Positions 63,770 to 64,000 of a stretch of DNA of 64,000 bases are shown in pieces. The notes below the pieces were generated by a model. It was not told the origin of the DNA. It saw nothing but the letters and a program-made list of their open reading frames with translations, and ran no database searches. Position 1 is the first letter of the stretch; each line of letters starts with the position of its first letter. The translations under genes and the position numbers were made by a program. The DNA comes from Octopus sinensis (taxonomy: Eukaryota), in contig NC_043000.1 of NCBI RefSeq assembly GCF_006345805.1, positions 135,098,001-135,162,000 of the forward strand, written 5' to 3'.

Positions 63770-64000
63770 GGCGCGTGCTTAGTCGTTAGGGTGTCAGCAT
63801 CATGATCGTAAGATTGTGGTTTCGATTCCTGGACCGGGCGACGCGTTGTGTTCTTGAGCAGAACACTTCCTTTCACGTTGCTCCAGTCCACTCAGCTGGC
63901 AAAAATGAGTAACGCTGGGATGGACTGGTGTCCCATCCAGCTAGGGAACACATACGCCACAGAAACCGGGAAACCGGGCCCATGAGCCTGGCTAGGCTTT
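63770..64000 (+). mobile_element. SINE family D (runs off the window end)
   Basis: ggcgcgtgcttagtcgttagggtgtc...ggtttcgattcctggaccggg head. Tail gggaacacatacgccacagaaaccgggaaaccgggcccatgagcctggctaggc. Confidence 0.88.

Overview
This is repeat-saturated, AT-rich eukaryotic genomic DNA, intergenic or deep intronic. The SINE families and the (TA)n/(TACA)n/(CA)n microsatellite load look like an octopod cephalopod (Octopus-like); that assignment comes from pattern recognition, not a search. No host protein-coding gene can be supported, and most ORFs in the supplied track are microsatellite read-through. The window holds at least four tRNA-headed SINE families (A-D, my labels). It also holds decayed LINE pieces (CR1/L2-group, RTE, R4/Dong-type), Penelope-like remnants, a Gypsy-like pol remnant, a decayed hAT (Charlie/Buster) transposase and several MITEs with 8-bp TSDs. 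Other features are a Helitron-like element, a diverged 5S rRNA copy (duplicated), a ~31-copy 110-bp satellite built from a SINE, two tandem duplications that look like assembly artefacts and one 100-N gap. The most interesting signal is a set of seven minimal hammerhead-ribozyme motifs at six loci (plus one duplicate copy), apparently from five unrelated sequence families. Several sit in fold-back structures, and one forms the tail of a tRNA-headed SINE. Second, multimeric SINE insertions made of diverged units are enclosed by a single TSD pair.
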